Source: a virus. Taken from it: DNA of 64,000 nucleotides. The stretch covers positions 13,326 to 77,325 of the IMG/VR virus record IMGVR_UViG_3300007512_001412, one strand, 5' to 3'. Positions within the stretch are counted from its first letter, which is position 1. Every line of letters begins with the position of its first letter. The notes under the pieces are model-generated. The model saw only the letters and a list, made by a program, of their open reading frames with translations. It was not told where the DNA came from and searched no databases. A program made the translations under genes and the position numbers. Positions 47,987 through 56,178 of this stretch are shown piece after piece.

Positions 47987-49995
47987 CAGGAGCCTCCAAT
48001 GCGGCGCTGCGCGCCTAGGTTCGCCGGGGAGGGCCACGCGAAGTGACCGGCGAGGTTCTTCCGCAGGTTCCGAACGGCTCGCGCGAGCGCGCGCGGGTCG
48101 GTCTGCGGTGTTGCGGCGGCGAGCACTCGGATCTGCGCTGCCACCCGGGCAGGATACTCCCCCAATTCGCCGTTTCCGTCCAGCATCGCCGCTTCCTCTG
48201 CAAGCCCCTCCGCGCACATGAGGTGCTTGCCGATGCAATCGGGGCACTGACGCCGGGGATCGGTGAGGTGCTGCTCCAGCAGGATCAACTGCTTGCACAC
48301 CTCGCGCATGTTGAAGCGCGGATCGCGCAGGGGAAGGAGTCCGTCCTTGTCCAGCATGGCTGTCTCCCCACCGAATCCGCCCACGCTCCAGACGGAGCCC
48401 TTCGGGATGATCGAGGTCTGCTCCGACAGCACCTTGAGGATGCCCCCGCCCGGTCCCTGGCCCGGGAGCACGGGGATGCCCCGTCGCTGACGCTCCTGCG
48501 TGAACGCCCAGGACTGGATCGACTGCGCCGACTTCCCGATCGCTTCCGCGAGCCGCATCGCCAGGAGCGCGGTGACGGCAGAGGCCGCGTGGATCTTGAC
48601 CGGCCCCTGCTCCGACTGGACGGTGGCCCCCTTGTGGGACACCTCGCGGCCAAACGCGGTGCGCTCCGCCGCGCCCATGACGTCGCTCGCCTTGACCCCC
48701 TGCGCCGCGATGTACTCGCGGATCTGACCGATGGTCGGGCCGATGGGGTACTTCAACTCGCGCTGCTGCGCGACGGAGAGCCCGTAGACCCACAGCGGGA
48801 GTACGATCTGGTCGGGGAGGATGCCGTTGATGTTCAGCCGCAACGCGGACGTCAACGCCGCGTTCCGGGTCGGGAATGGCGCAACGCCCCGATCCACATC
48901 CACGCGGAACTCCGCCTGCGGGAACATCATCTTGAGCTTGGCGGGCGAGAACATGTCGGTCGGAGCGGACTCCAACGGACGGTTGAGCCCCATGATCGCC
49001 GCGAGGTCGAACAGGTTGCGGTAGACGTCGAAGCCTGCGAGGACGTCCCAAAACTTCACGGCCATGCGCCGCCAGCCGACGACGTTGCCCGTGTTGCGGA
49101 GCCCGGGGCTGTTGATATCCATGATGCCGCGCGTCCGCGTGCGGATCCGCTCGACTTTGTTCTCCAACTGCCGGATGCGCCACTGTGGCTTGCGCTTGGC
49201 GTTCTTCAACTGCTGACGGGCCGCGTTGTACTCCTTGAGCGTGCGGTCGAGGCCCTGCATGGCCTGCCCCCACTTGTTCCGCGCCCGCCGGTACGCGACG
49301 ACGGGATCGTCCTCGCGGATCACGGCGGCGGAGATCAACTCCATGACGCCGACCACCGCCTTGGCGACCTCCGCGACGGCAGCGCCGCCGCCCTCGCCGT
49401 CCCCCTGGCCTCCGCCGCCCTTGTAGGCGGCCGACACGTTGGCCACCATGGAGCCGTAGACGACTACGCTGGCGCTGTCCCCTTCGATCCGCACGCCGCG
49501 CCCGCGCGTGGCGACGTAGCCGCCGAACGGGGCGTCGGCGGAGGGGCCGATGGACGTGGGAACGAGCGGAGCCGCCTTCACGGGCGCACCGTCCGCGCGC
49601 TTCGCGCCCTTGAAGAACAGGTCCAGGGCGGTCTGCGCGGCCTGCGCGAGTCGGCGGTGCCGCCACCGCTGCCCTTCCGACGTACCCCGGCGGGTCTGAT
49701 CCAACTGCTGCCCCGCGCTCTGGACGTCCACGACGGCGTCGTTGAGCGCGTTGAGCGCGGCCTGCGCCTGCCACACCTCGTCAGCGGTCGGGACCATGCC
49801 CTTCGCCGCAGCCTGACTCCACGCCGACTGGTACGCCCGCAGGAGGCTCTGAACGGACGAGTCCACACCGGGCATCGCGTCCCCGATGACAACGGGGTGC
49901 ATCGCACCGAAGCCGTCTACGAACACCTCGCGCCGCCCTTCCTCGTCAGCGAGGCGCGGGTCGCGGGCGATCTTTCCCCGGTGTGCCCAAGTCAT
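47986..49995 (-). CDS. Large helical hypothetical virion protein with C-terminal Cys/His module
   Basis: 669 aa, coiled coil. C-terminal EVCKQLILLEQHL...CPDCIGKH follows a GGFGG motif. Confidence 0.75.
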   Translation of the reverse strand: MTWAHRGKIARDPRLADEEGRREVFVDGFGAMHPVVIGDAMPGVDSSVQSLLRAYQSAWSQAAAKGMVPTADEVWQAQAALNALNDAVVDVQSAGQQLDQTRRGTSEGQRWRHRRLAQAAQTALDLFFKGAKRADGAPVKAAPLVPTSIGPSADAPFGGYVATRGRGVRIEGDSASVVVYGSMVANVSAAYKGGGGQGDGEGGGAAVAEVAKAVVGVMELISAAVIREDDPVVAYRRARNKWGQAMQGLDRTLKEYNAARQQLKNAKRKPQWRIRQLENKVERIRTRTRGIMDINSPGLRNTGNVVGWRRMAVKFWDVLAGFDVYRNLFDLAAIMGLNRPLESAPTDMFSPAKLKMMFPQAEFRVDVDRGVAPFPTRNAALTSALRLNINGILPDQIVLPLWVYGLSVAQQRELKYPIGPTIGQIREYIAAQGVKASDVMGAAERTAFGREVSHKGATVQSEQGPVKIHAASAVTALLAMRLAEAIGKSAQSIQSWAFTQERQRRGIPVLPGQGPGGGILKVLSEQTSIIPKGSVWSVGGFGGETAMLDKDGLLPLRDPRFNMREVCKQLILLEQHLTDPRRQCPDCIGKHLMCAEGLAEEAAMLDGNGELGEYPARVAAQIRVLAAATPQTDPRALARAVRNLRKNLAGHFAWPSPANLGAQRRIGGS

Positions 49996-50657
49996 GCGCC
50001 CAAGTCCTTCCCTTGCGCGAGGCGGGTGCGCTTGCGCTTGCGTGCCATGCCCTCACCGTACCCGTGGGACACGTCCCGAAGGACGACGAACCCGATCCCG
50101 GCTGCGATCAGGAACGGCCACGGCCCCAGGCCCGGGGGGGCGGGCGGGAGGCCCGCCTGTCCCGACCGGGTGGCGATGGCTTGCTGCACCGCGTCGGCCA
50201 ACTCGTTGACCGGGACGTTGTGCGTCAGCTTGTTGACCTTGTCGTAGATCGCTTGCAGCTTGTTGAAGTACCCCTCGCAGTCCATCACGTGCGCGCCCAG
50301 GCCCACGGCGGTCGCAATGTCCCGCAGGGACCATGTGAGGTTCCACGCGGGACCGACCGGGGGGAAGCGAAAGACCTTCTCCGCGATCTCGCCCAGGCTC
50401 CCACCGCCGTAGAGCCAGCGCATGACGACGCCCCGCTCCGGGCTGCTCATGTACCAGCAGTCCATCCCGGCGTAGTTGCGGGGGGACGACTTGATCATGC
50501 GCTCCGCCCGGATCAGGAGCCCCTGCGCGAGCGCGTGGACGTCGCTGGGGAGCCGACCGGCGCGGAAGGATCGGTCCAGCCCACGCTGCAACGCGAGGTT
50601 GTTCCGCAGCGCGTTGCCCTGCGCGATCTTGCTCACGTTGTCCACGCGCCGCGTCAT
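49992..50657 (-). CDS. Protein with C-terminal TM and basic tail
   Basis: GLGPWPFLIAAGIGFVVL. ATGA overlaps on both sides. Confidence 0.7.
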   Translation of the reverse strand: MTRRVDNVSKIAQGNALRNNLALQRGLDRSFRAGRLPSDVHALAQGLLIRAERMIKSSPRNYAGMDCWYMSSPERGVVMRWLYGGGSLGEIAEKVFRFPPVGPAWNLTWSLRDIATAVGLGAHVMDCEGYFNKLQAIYDKVNKLTHNVPVNELADAVQQAIATRSGQAGLPPAPPGLGPWPFLIAAGIGFVVLRDVSHGYGEGMARKRKRTRLAQGKDLGA

Positions 50658-50857
50658 CGTCCGCTCCCGTGCAACAGGTAGTTGCGCCCGTTGTAGAGGA
50701 CGGTCAACGCCCCGGACACCGCCAGGACGCCCCCCGCGACCGGGCGGTCCTTCGCCAGCGTGCTTCCGGCCCACACCATGAACGGCCCCAGGACGAACAC
50801 ATCCATGAGCCGCACCGACTGCGCCTTGCCGTGGATCGGGTGGGACAGTGCGGTCAT
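50654..50857 (-). CDS. Small two-TM viral membrane protein
   Basis: KAQSVRLMDVFVLGPFM...GALTVLYNGRNY. Confidence 0.7.
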   Translation of the reverse strand: MTALSHPIHGKAQSVRLMDVFVLGPFMVWAGSTLAKDRPVAGGVLAVSGALTVLYNGRNYLLHGSGR

Positions 50858-51252
50858 CGACGTCTCGGGTGGATCGGGCCCACGGCGGGCAGCTCGACCG
50901 CGTACGCGGCGTCTTCCGCGTCGCGGTAGTCGCTCCACGCGCCCAAGGATACCCACTCGTCCCCCTGCCAGTGCCATGCCTCCCACGGGGTCGAGACGCC
51001 CGGGGTCGTGTCCTTGACGACGGCGACGTCGTGGAAGCCCTGCATCTGAAGCCCTGGCTCGCCAGGAACAGCGGCGAAGGAGTGCCACAGCTTCCAGGGG
51101 TGGGCACGGAGCCGGTTCGCTCGCGCGAGCATCTGCTTGAGGATGTGGGTCTTTGCCGGGGTGGGAGCCGCCTTCGTCTTCTTCGCCACCGCGAGGACGC
51201 CGATGAAACCGATCAGGTACAGGAGGTTCACGTTGCTCTGTGCGCGGCTCAT
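50854..51252 (-). CDS. N-terminally anchored membrane protein
   Basis: LLYLIGFIGVLAVAKK. Confidence 0.65.
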   Translation of the reverse strand: MSRAQSNVNLLYLIGFIGVLAVAKKTKAAPTPAKTHILKQMLARANRLRAHPWKLWHSFAAVPGEPGLQMQGFHDVAVVKDTTPGVSTPWEAWHWQGDEWVSLGAWSDYRDAEDAAYAVELPAVGPIHPRRR

Positions 51253-52226
51253 GCGGCTACCCCGCTCTCACGCTGCTCGCGCAGGCGTACGAGGACCGCG
51301 CCGAAGCCCGTGCCCCTGTGCCGCTTGCGGATCTCCTTGAGGATCGTGTGGACGTCGTCGGCGTACCAGCCGTAGTTGCTGCGCCACTCCTGCGCGGCGG
51401 CGCTGTTCCAGCCGTACCGCTCGCCCATCGCCTTCGCGTTGCGGTCGGCGGTGTCCCGGGCGGCGCGGGCGTCCAAACGCGCGTGGTGCAGCGCGGTGAC
51501 GTCGTACCGGGCGTACATCGCAGCGCGAGCCGCGAAGGGGTACGGCCCCTTCCCCATCGCGCCGAAATACGACGCCCGGGAGCGCGGCCCCAGGTCGAGC
51601 CCGGTGTCGAGCGCGGACGCCCACCACAGATCCCCGCCGAACATTGCCCGCTTGTGTCCCAGGATGCCGTTGTAGACCTCCGACACCGCAACCCCCGCGA
51701 TCCCGGCGCGTTCCTCCGCGCTGTTGCCGGTCAGCATCCCCAGGCGCGCGGACGGGTCGTCGCGGTACTCGCGGCCCCCGATCCAGTAGCGCGTGATGCA
51801 ATGGTACAGCGACGGCTCCCCGGGCTTGCCGCCCGTCGAGAGCATGACTTCGGCCCGGATGGATCGGGGACGGAGCCGCATCGCAGCGGCGTAGCCCTGG
51901 TCGCCGGGGTACTTGACCGGGTCGCGGGGATCGGCGGGCCGCATCGCGCGCCAGCCCCGGGCCAGCAACTCCCCTGCACGGGCCGCTGCGAGCGCATCGC
52001 AGTCCTCATGCCCCTCCATGAGCAGGTTGAGGTAGTCGCACCAGATTTCGCCCTTCTCGACTTCGTACCGGACGCCCGATTCGTACAGGCCCGGGAGCGG
52101 CTTCTCCCCCTTGGTGCGGGCACGCTTGTCGTACGACAGGAAGATGCGCGCGTTCTCGCGCGCCAGCCAATTCAGGAGGCGGAGAGCGGCTTGCTCTTGG
52201 AAAGCCAGCTTGACGACGATATCCAC
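51249..52226 (-). CDS. Transglutaminase-like cysteine hydrolase, putative maturation protease
   Basis: LYESGVRY, EDCDALAAARAGEL (Cys), YHC (His), DDPSARLGM (Asp). Confidence 0.65.
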   Translation of the reverse strand: MDIVVKLAFQEQAALRLLNWLARENARIFLSYDKRARTKGEKPLPGLYESGVRYEVEKGEIWCDYLNLLMEGHEDCDALAAARAGELLARGWRAMRPADPRDPVKYPGDQGYAAAMRLRPRSIRAEVMLSTGGKPGEPSLYHCITRYWIGGREYRDDPSARLGMLTGNSAEERAGIAGVAVSEVYNGILGHKRAMFGGDLWWASALDTGLDLGPRSRASYFGAMGKGPYPFAARAAMYARYDVTALHHARLDARAARDTADRNAKAMGERYGWNSAAAQEWRSNYGWYADDVHTILKEIRKRHRGTGFGAVLVRLREQRESGVAA

Positions 52227-52230
52227 GGCG

Positions 52231-52962
52231 TCACACGTACGACAGTTGGAAGTCGAGGATCGTGGAGAGCAGGTTCGCCGGGTTGTTGTTGACGAGCCGT
52301 ACCACGGAGCCGGGGCCGATCGGGATCTGATCCATCGCGTCGGCAGCGATGGCGTGCTGCACTTGCCCCGTGGTGTCGAGCACCTGTACTTGGATCAGGG
52401 CGCGCTGCGCCGGGTTCTGCGTCAGGACGGACACCGACCGGGCGTAGGGCGGGACGTTGAAGTCCTCCTGTGCGCCCGGGAGGACCCCCCGCGTGCGGAA
52501 CGTCTTGTGGAGGTCGGTGACCTGAGCCGATCCCGAACCGTGGTCCTCGACGGTGCAGAACACGCGGTTGACCGCGTTGGCCCAATTCGCCGCACGGATC
52601 TGGAGCGTCTTGGCCTTGACGTAGAAGACGACGGACCCGCCGCCCGCCGTGAGCAGGAGCCGACCGGCGTAGCCGTCGCCCGTCGTCCACTCCGCCTCGA
52701 CTTCAAACGGGCGCGACTCCCCAAGGAGCCCGACGCGGCTCACCAAGTGAACGCGCCGATCCCATGCGAGGTTCGCCTCGCCGTTGATGACTTGCTGGTA
52801 CTGCGCCGCCGTGGGCGTGACCGGCTGTGCGCCGCCCGCGTTCACGGGAAGCGGGATGCTGTCCGCGCGATGCGAGAGCTTGGCCGCTGCGGGACACCGC
52901 AGCGTGCTGAACAGCAACTCGCGCGGGTTGACCGGACCAGCCGGGGGTGCGTAGCCGCCCAT
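52231..52962 (-). CDS. All-beta protein, candidate second capsid/penton protein
   Basis: Alternating beta-strand pattern throughout, VPPYARSVSV, AGGAGG RBS, adjacent to the MCP candidate. Confidence 0.5.
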   Translation of the reverse strand: MGGYAPPAGPVNPRELLFSTLRCPAAAKLSHRADSIPLPVNAGGAQPVTPTAAQYQQVINGEANLAWDRRVHLVSRVGLLGESRPFEVEAEWTTGDGYAGRLLLTAGGGSVVFYVKAKTLQIRAANWANAVNRVFCTVEDHGSGSAQVTDLHKTFRTRGVLPGAQEDFNVPPYARSVSVLTQNPAQRALIQVQVLDTTGQVQHAIAADAMDQIPIGPGSVVRLVNNNPANLLSTILDFQLSYV

Positions 52963-53003
52963 GCGTCAACCTCCTACGCGGGTGTGGGTTCAGTCGCGTT
53001 CCT

Positions 53004-53131
53004 CGCCCCCGGTTGGGTCGGGGCCACCGTGGCGCACGGCGACCCCGACCCGCACGCGGGGGAGTAACCCCGTACCCGGGGCGCAGCGCGCGCGGACGGC
53101 GACACGCTGCGACCCCCAGGGGATCGGGTCG
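53004..53131 (-). other. Nested multi-stem RNA structure between the capsid candidates
   Basis: GGGTCGGGG/CCCCGACCC, CGCCCC/GGGGCG, GCGGGG/CCCCGT, CGCAGCG/CGCTGCG and CGACCC/GGGTCG stems. Confidence 0.5.
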
Positions 53132-53139
53132 GATCGGAC

Positions 53140-53796
53140 CTAGACCGCGCCCGGGCCGCAGCCTGTGGTGCCGCGCTTGAGGCCGACGAGGGTGACGATC
53201 AACTCCGTCGTGGTGGTCGAGGCCGGCAGGTTGGCCGCGATGGTGATATCGAGGCCAGCCGCGATGGCCGCACCCTTCACCAGCCCACGGACGAACGACG
53301 CGGTGCCGAAGACCGCGATCGGGATGCCCGTGGCGTTGTTGAAGATGCGCCGGTCACCGAAGTCGATCGCGGTGATCGTCCACCCGCCCACGCTGCCCTG
53401 GAACGTCACGTCCTCCGCGACGAAGTCGAACTGCGGGCGGATCGTGACGGTGTTCGCGCCGGCATCCGGGGCCTGACCGGTGGAGCCCGACAGGAGCGTC
53501 TTCTGGACGACCTGCTTGGCCTTGCCGGCGGCGTTCCAGGGCTTCTGGCGGTGGGAGGGGCCACGCGGGACGAACCGCCGCACGGACGGGGGCATCACCG
53601 CCGCGCCGAGGGACGGGTAGTCCATGTCACCGAAGTCGTCGTAGTCGTAGCCCAGGGAGGCGTAGTCCATCGCACCCAGGTCATCATCGACCAACTGCAA
53701 GCCGTAGCTCATGTCTGCTCCAAGAGAGAGGGGAGGTCCCGATGTAGGTGCTCCGATGACCGCTTGCCCCTTGGCGTTGCGGTAGATCCGGTGCAT
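53140..53796 (-). CDS. Candidate single jelly-roll major capsid protein with acidic N-terminal propeptide
   Basis: GGAGG RBS. About 115-aa C-terminal beta domain (TVTIRPQ..F.AE...WTITAIDFG...GIP..F...GLDITIAAN...TLVG). The N-terminus has repeated LG/YG/FG motifs. Confidence 0.55.
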   Translation of the reverse strand: MHRIYRNAKGQAVIGAPTSGPPLSLGADMSYGLQLVDDDLGAMDYASLGYDYDDFGDMDYPSLGAAVMPPSVRRFVPRGPSHRQKPWNAAGKAKQVVQKTLLSGSTGQAPDAGANTVTIRPQFDFVAEDVTFQGSVGGWTITAIDFGDRRIFNNATGIPIAVFGTASFVRGLVKGAAIAAGLDITIAANLPASTTTTELIVTLVGLKRGTTGCGPGAV

Positions 53797-53880
53797 CGAC
53801 ACACGATTCCTCCAGCACTAGTGGGCGATGATGCCCGTGCGACGGCGAGCACCACGCTCACCTCCGCGATTTCCTGATGC

Positions 53881-54993
53881 TCAGATGGCGCAACCGCACC
53901 GTCCGAAGCGTCCGAAGTAGTCCGCGTAGGGATCGGCCCCCACGCTGTTGCCGCCGATGCCGTCCACGACGCCACCGAACACGTACCCGAAGCTGTCGTC
54001 CGCGAGGGCCGATCCCGCGCGGAGGAACGCCTCGTCCTGCGAGGCGTCAGCCTGCGCCGACGACCAGTCGGCGGGAGTCTCCGCCGCGTAGAAGTACCCC
54101 TCCGGGGTCTGGCCGTACGCCGCCTGCGGGGGCAAGTAACCCGGCACCCCGGGCTGCGGGGGCTGCGGGGCGTACTGCTGCGACTGCTGCGCCCAGGCCG
54201 CTTCCGCCGCGTCGAAGACCCGCATCTGCTCGTCCTTCCAGACGACCCAGGCGTCGTTCGCCTTCTGTAGCTCGCGGGCTTCCGCCTTCACCGCCTGGAG
54301 GTTCGCGACGACCCCCCGCAGATCGGCTACCGTCTTCTGCGCGCGCTTGCTGCGGGCCTTGCCCTGCGCGGCCAGCTTGTCGTACTTGCGGCGGAGGCTC
54401 TTGTACTTGCGGCGGAGGTGCGCCGCTCTCTTCACCCCGGATTCGCGCTGCTTGCGAATCACGACGAGCTTGTCCTTGGCGACCTTGACGCTGCGGCGGA
54501 GGGTCTGGATTTCCGCGTGGCGGCGGCGAGCCTTCTTCTTCCAATCCGACGCGAGGTCGCGGGCGTCGTAGTAGCGCCGCTTCCACCTAGGGCACACGCC
54601 CCCCCGACGCCGCCCGAACCACGCGGCGGCTGCGTCCGTCTGCGCGTCCGTGTCGGCCTGCCATGCGTTGCCGCCACTGAACAGGGCCAGCCCGTTGTCG
54701 TCGCCGTCCGTGGCGTCGTCGGTGTCAGCGGCCCACGCGCCGAAGTTGTTGGGGAACGCCGCACGGTCGAGGCGTTCTTCGTCGATCCCCCGGAAGGGGT
54801 AGGCATCTTCGTCGAGCCCCTGGAAGGGGAATGCCTGCTGAACAATGTCGAACGCGCCCATGCTGCTCCCTGCCCGCCCGAATTCGGGCGCGAATCGAAG
54901 TGCTGTGTGATCCACCGTGGGCCGACCCGCCCCGTCGAACGACACCGGGGCTACGCCCAGGTAGTGCAGTCCGGTGGGGTCGGGTCGGCTCAT
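53881..54993 (-). CDS. Acidic-basic-acidic coiled-coil protein (scaffold/core precursor candidate)
   Basis: Basic coiled coil flanked by acidic arms rich in FG/IG/VG motifs. Confidence 0.7.
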   Translation of the reverse strand: MSRPDPTGLHYLGVAPVSFDGAGRPTVDHTALRFAPEFGRAGSSMGAFDIVQQAFPFQGLDEDAYPFRGIDEERLDRAAFPNNFGAWAADTDDATDGDDNGLALFSGGNAWQADTDAQTDAAAAWFGRRRGGVCPRWKRRYYDARDLASDWKKKARRRHAEIQTLRRSVKVAKDKLVVIRKQRESGVKRAAHLRRKYKSLRRKYDKLAAQGKARSKRAQKTVADLRGVVANLQAVKAEARELQKANDAWVVWKDEQMRVFDAAEAAWAQQSQQYAPQPPQPGVPGYLPPQAAYGQTPEGYFYAAETPADWSSAQADASQDEAFLRAGSALADDSFGYVFGGVVDGIGGNSVGADPYADYFGRFGRCGCAI

Positions 54994-55018
54994 GGCGTGT
55001 CTTCCTTCGTCCTTCGAC

Positions 55019-55534
55019 CTACAGGCCGCGTCCCGCCATCGCCGGGTGCATCATGTGCGGGGCGTGGGCGTGCTGGTGGTAGCCGATCTGCGGGGGGCGA
55101 CCGGAGAAGCCCGAGAAGCCCTCACCGGCACCCATCTTCTGGCCGATCTCGTAGACGGCGGCACCGAGGATGCCGTTGCCGAAGTTGAGCGCGTGCGCGC
55201 CCGCCGCCGACTCGCCGTTGAACGACTGCATCAGGCCGTAGCCCGCGAGGACGCCGCCCAGGAGCAGGCGACCGTCGATGTTCCACAGCTTGATCTTGTC
55301 GGTGCCGTACTTCGCGGACAGCGTGGACGTGGCGAACAGGGCCGACTGCGTCTCCAGCGTGGCGACGACGGCACCCATCCCCTCCTTGTGGGAGAGGTTG
55401 ATCTTCTTCATCTGGTTCTGGAGGCGCTGAACCTGCTGCTGCGCCTTGCTCACGCCGCCCTTGGCGGTGTTGCGGCGACGGCGCGTGGTGGTGCGCTTGC
55501 GGGTTCCTGCGGCGACGGAGAGGGGGTTTGCCAT
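55019..55534 (-). CDS. Basic N-terminus membrane-associated protein, first gene of the late operon
   Basis: RKRTTTRRRR, hydrophobic helices, C-terminal FSGFSG..IG..MAG. Confidence 0.7.
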   Translation of the reverse strand: MANPLSVAAGTRKRTTTRRRRNTAKGGVSKAQQQVQRLQNQMKKINLSHKEGMGAVVATLETQSALFATSTLSAKYGTDKIKLWNIDGRLLLGGVLAGYGLMQSFNGESAAGAHALNFGNGILGAAVYEIGQKMGAGEGFSGFSGRPPQIGYHQHAHAPHMMHPAMAGRGL

Positions 55535-55914
55535 CGAGTCGTACTTCCTGCGGGATCTGCCCGCGTAGGGGTCGGGTCGTTCGTCGCTTCCGCGTCACCA
55601 CCCACGCCCGGGCCTACCCCGAAGCGAGGGGGAGTCAGTGCTAGGGGCACCGTCCCTGTGCCGCCGTGGCGGCGAGAGAAGACTCCTACGTGGATCGGGG
55701 CAAATCAACGGGGAAGGTTCGCACTTCCTTCCAGATCCTCTGTAAATCGGCACTCCCGATCCTTCCCGCCCCTACCGAAAGGCAAGAAGGCACAAGAGGG
55801 CATGTACAAAGAAGTAGGAACGGACGTTGATCCAGATACCGGAGGGAGATACCATCCCGCCTGTGCAAACCTCCGTGCGGACACGGGCGGCGCACGCGGA
55901 CGGAGCAGCGGACG

Positions 55915-56178
55915 GTGACAAACGACAAAGACGGCGGCGACCGTGCCGACAAGCGCGCGGCTGATCTCGCAGAAAATCTCGCGGAGCACGCGGTTCACAC
56001 CGCGAATGAGGCCGCAGACAAGATGGCGGAGGCGATCTCAGCCGGGATTTCCGCTGCTGCGCTCCGGGTCGCGGGGCCGTTGAGCAAGGCCGTGCGCGAC
56101 GGGGGGGACACGATCCAGGGGTTCCTCAACGGTCTGTTCGCCCCGATGTACGACGAGGACGACGAGGACTCCCCATGA
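55915..56178 (+). CDS. Small helical hypothetical protein
   Basis: GGAG RBS, ATGA overlap downstream. Confidence 0.5.
   Translation: MTNDKDGGDRADKRAADLAENLAEHAVHTANEAADKMAEAISAGISAAALRVAGPLSKAVRDGGDTIQGFLNGLFAPMYDEDDEDSP

Noticed and set aside
55705-55860. GRGGKDRE peptide resembling an integrase patch in a lower-GC spacer
   Set aside because: Too short and no other recombinase motifs. More likely a divergent promoter region.
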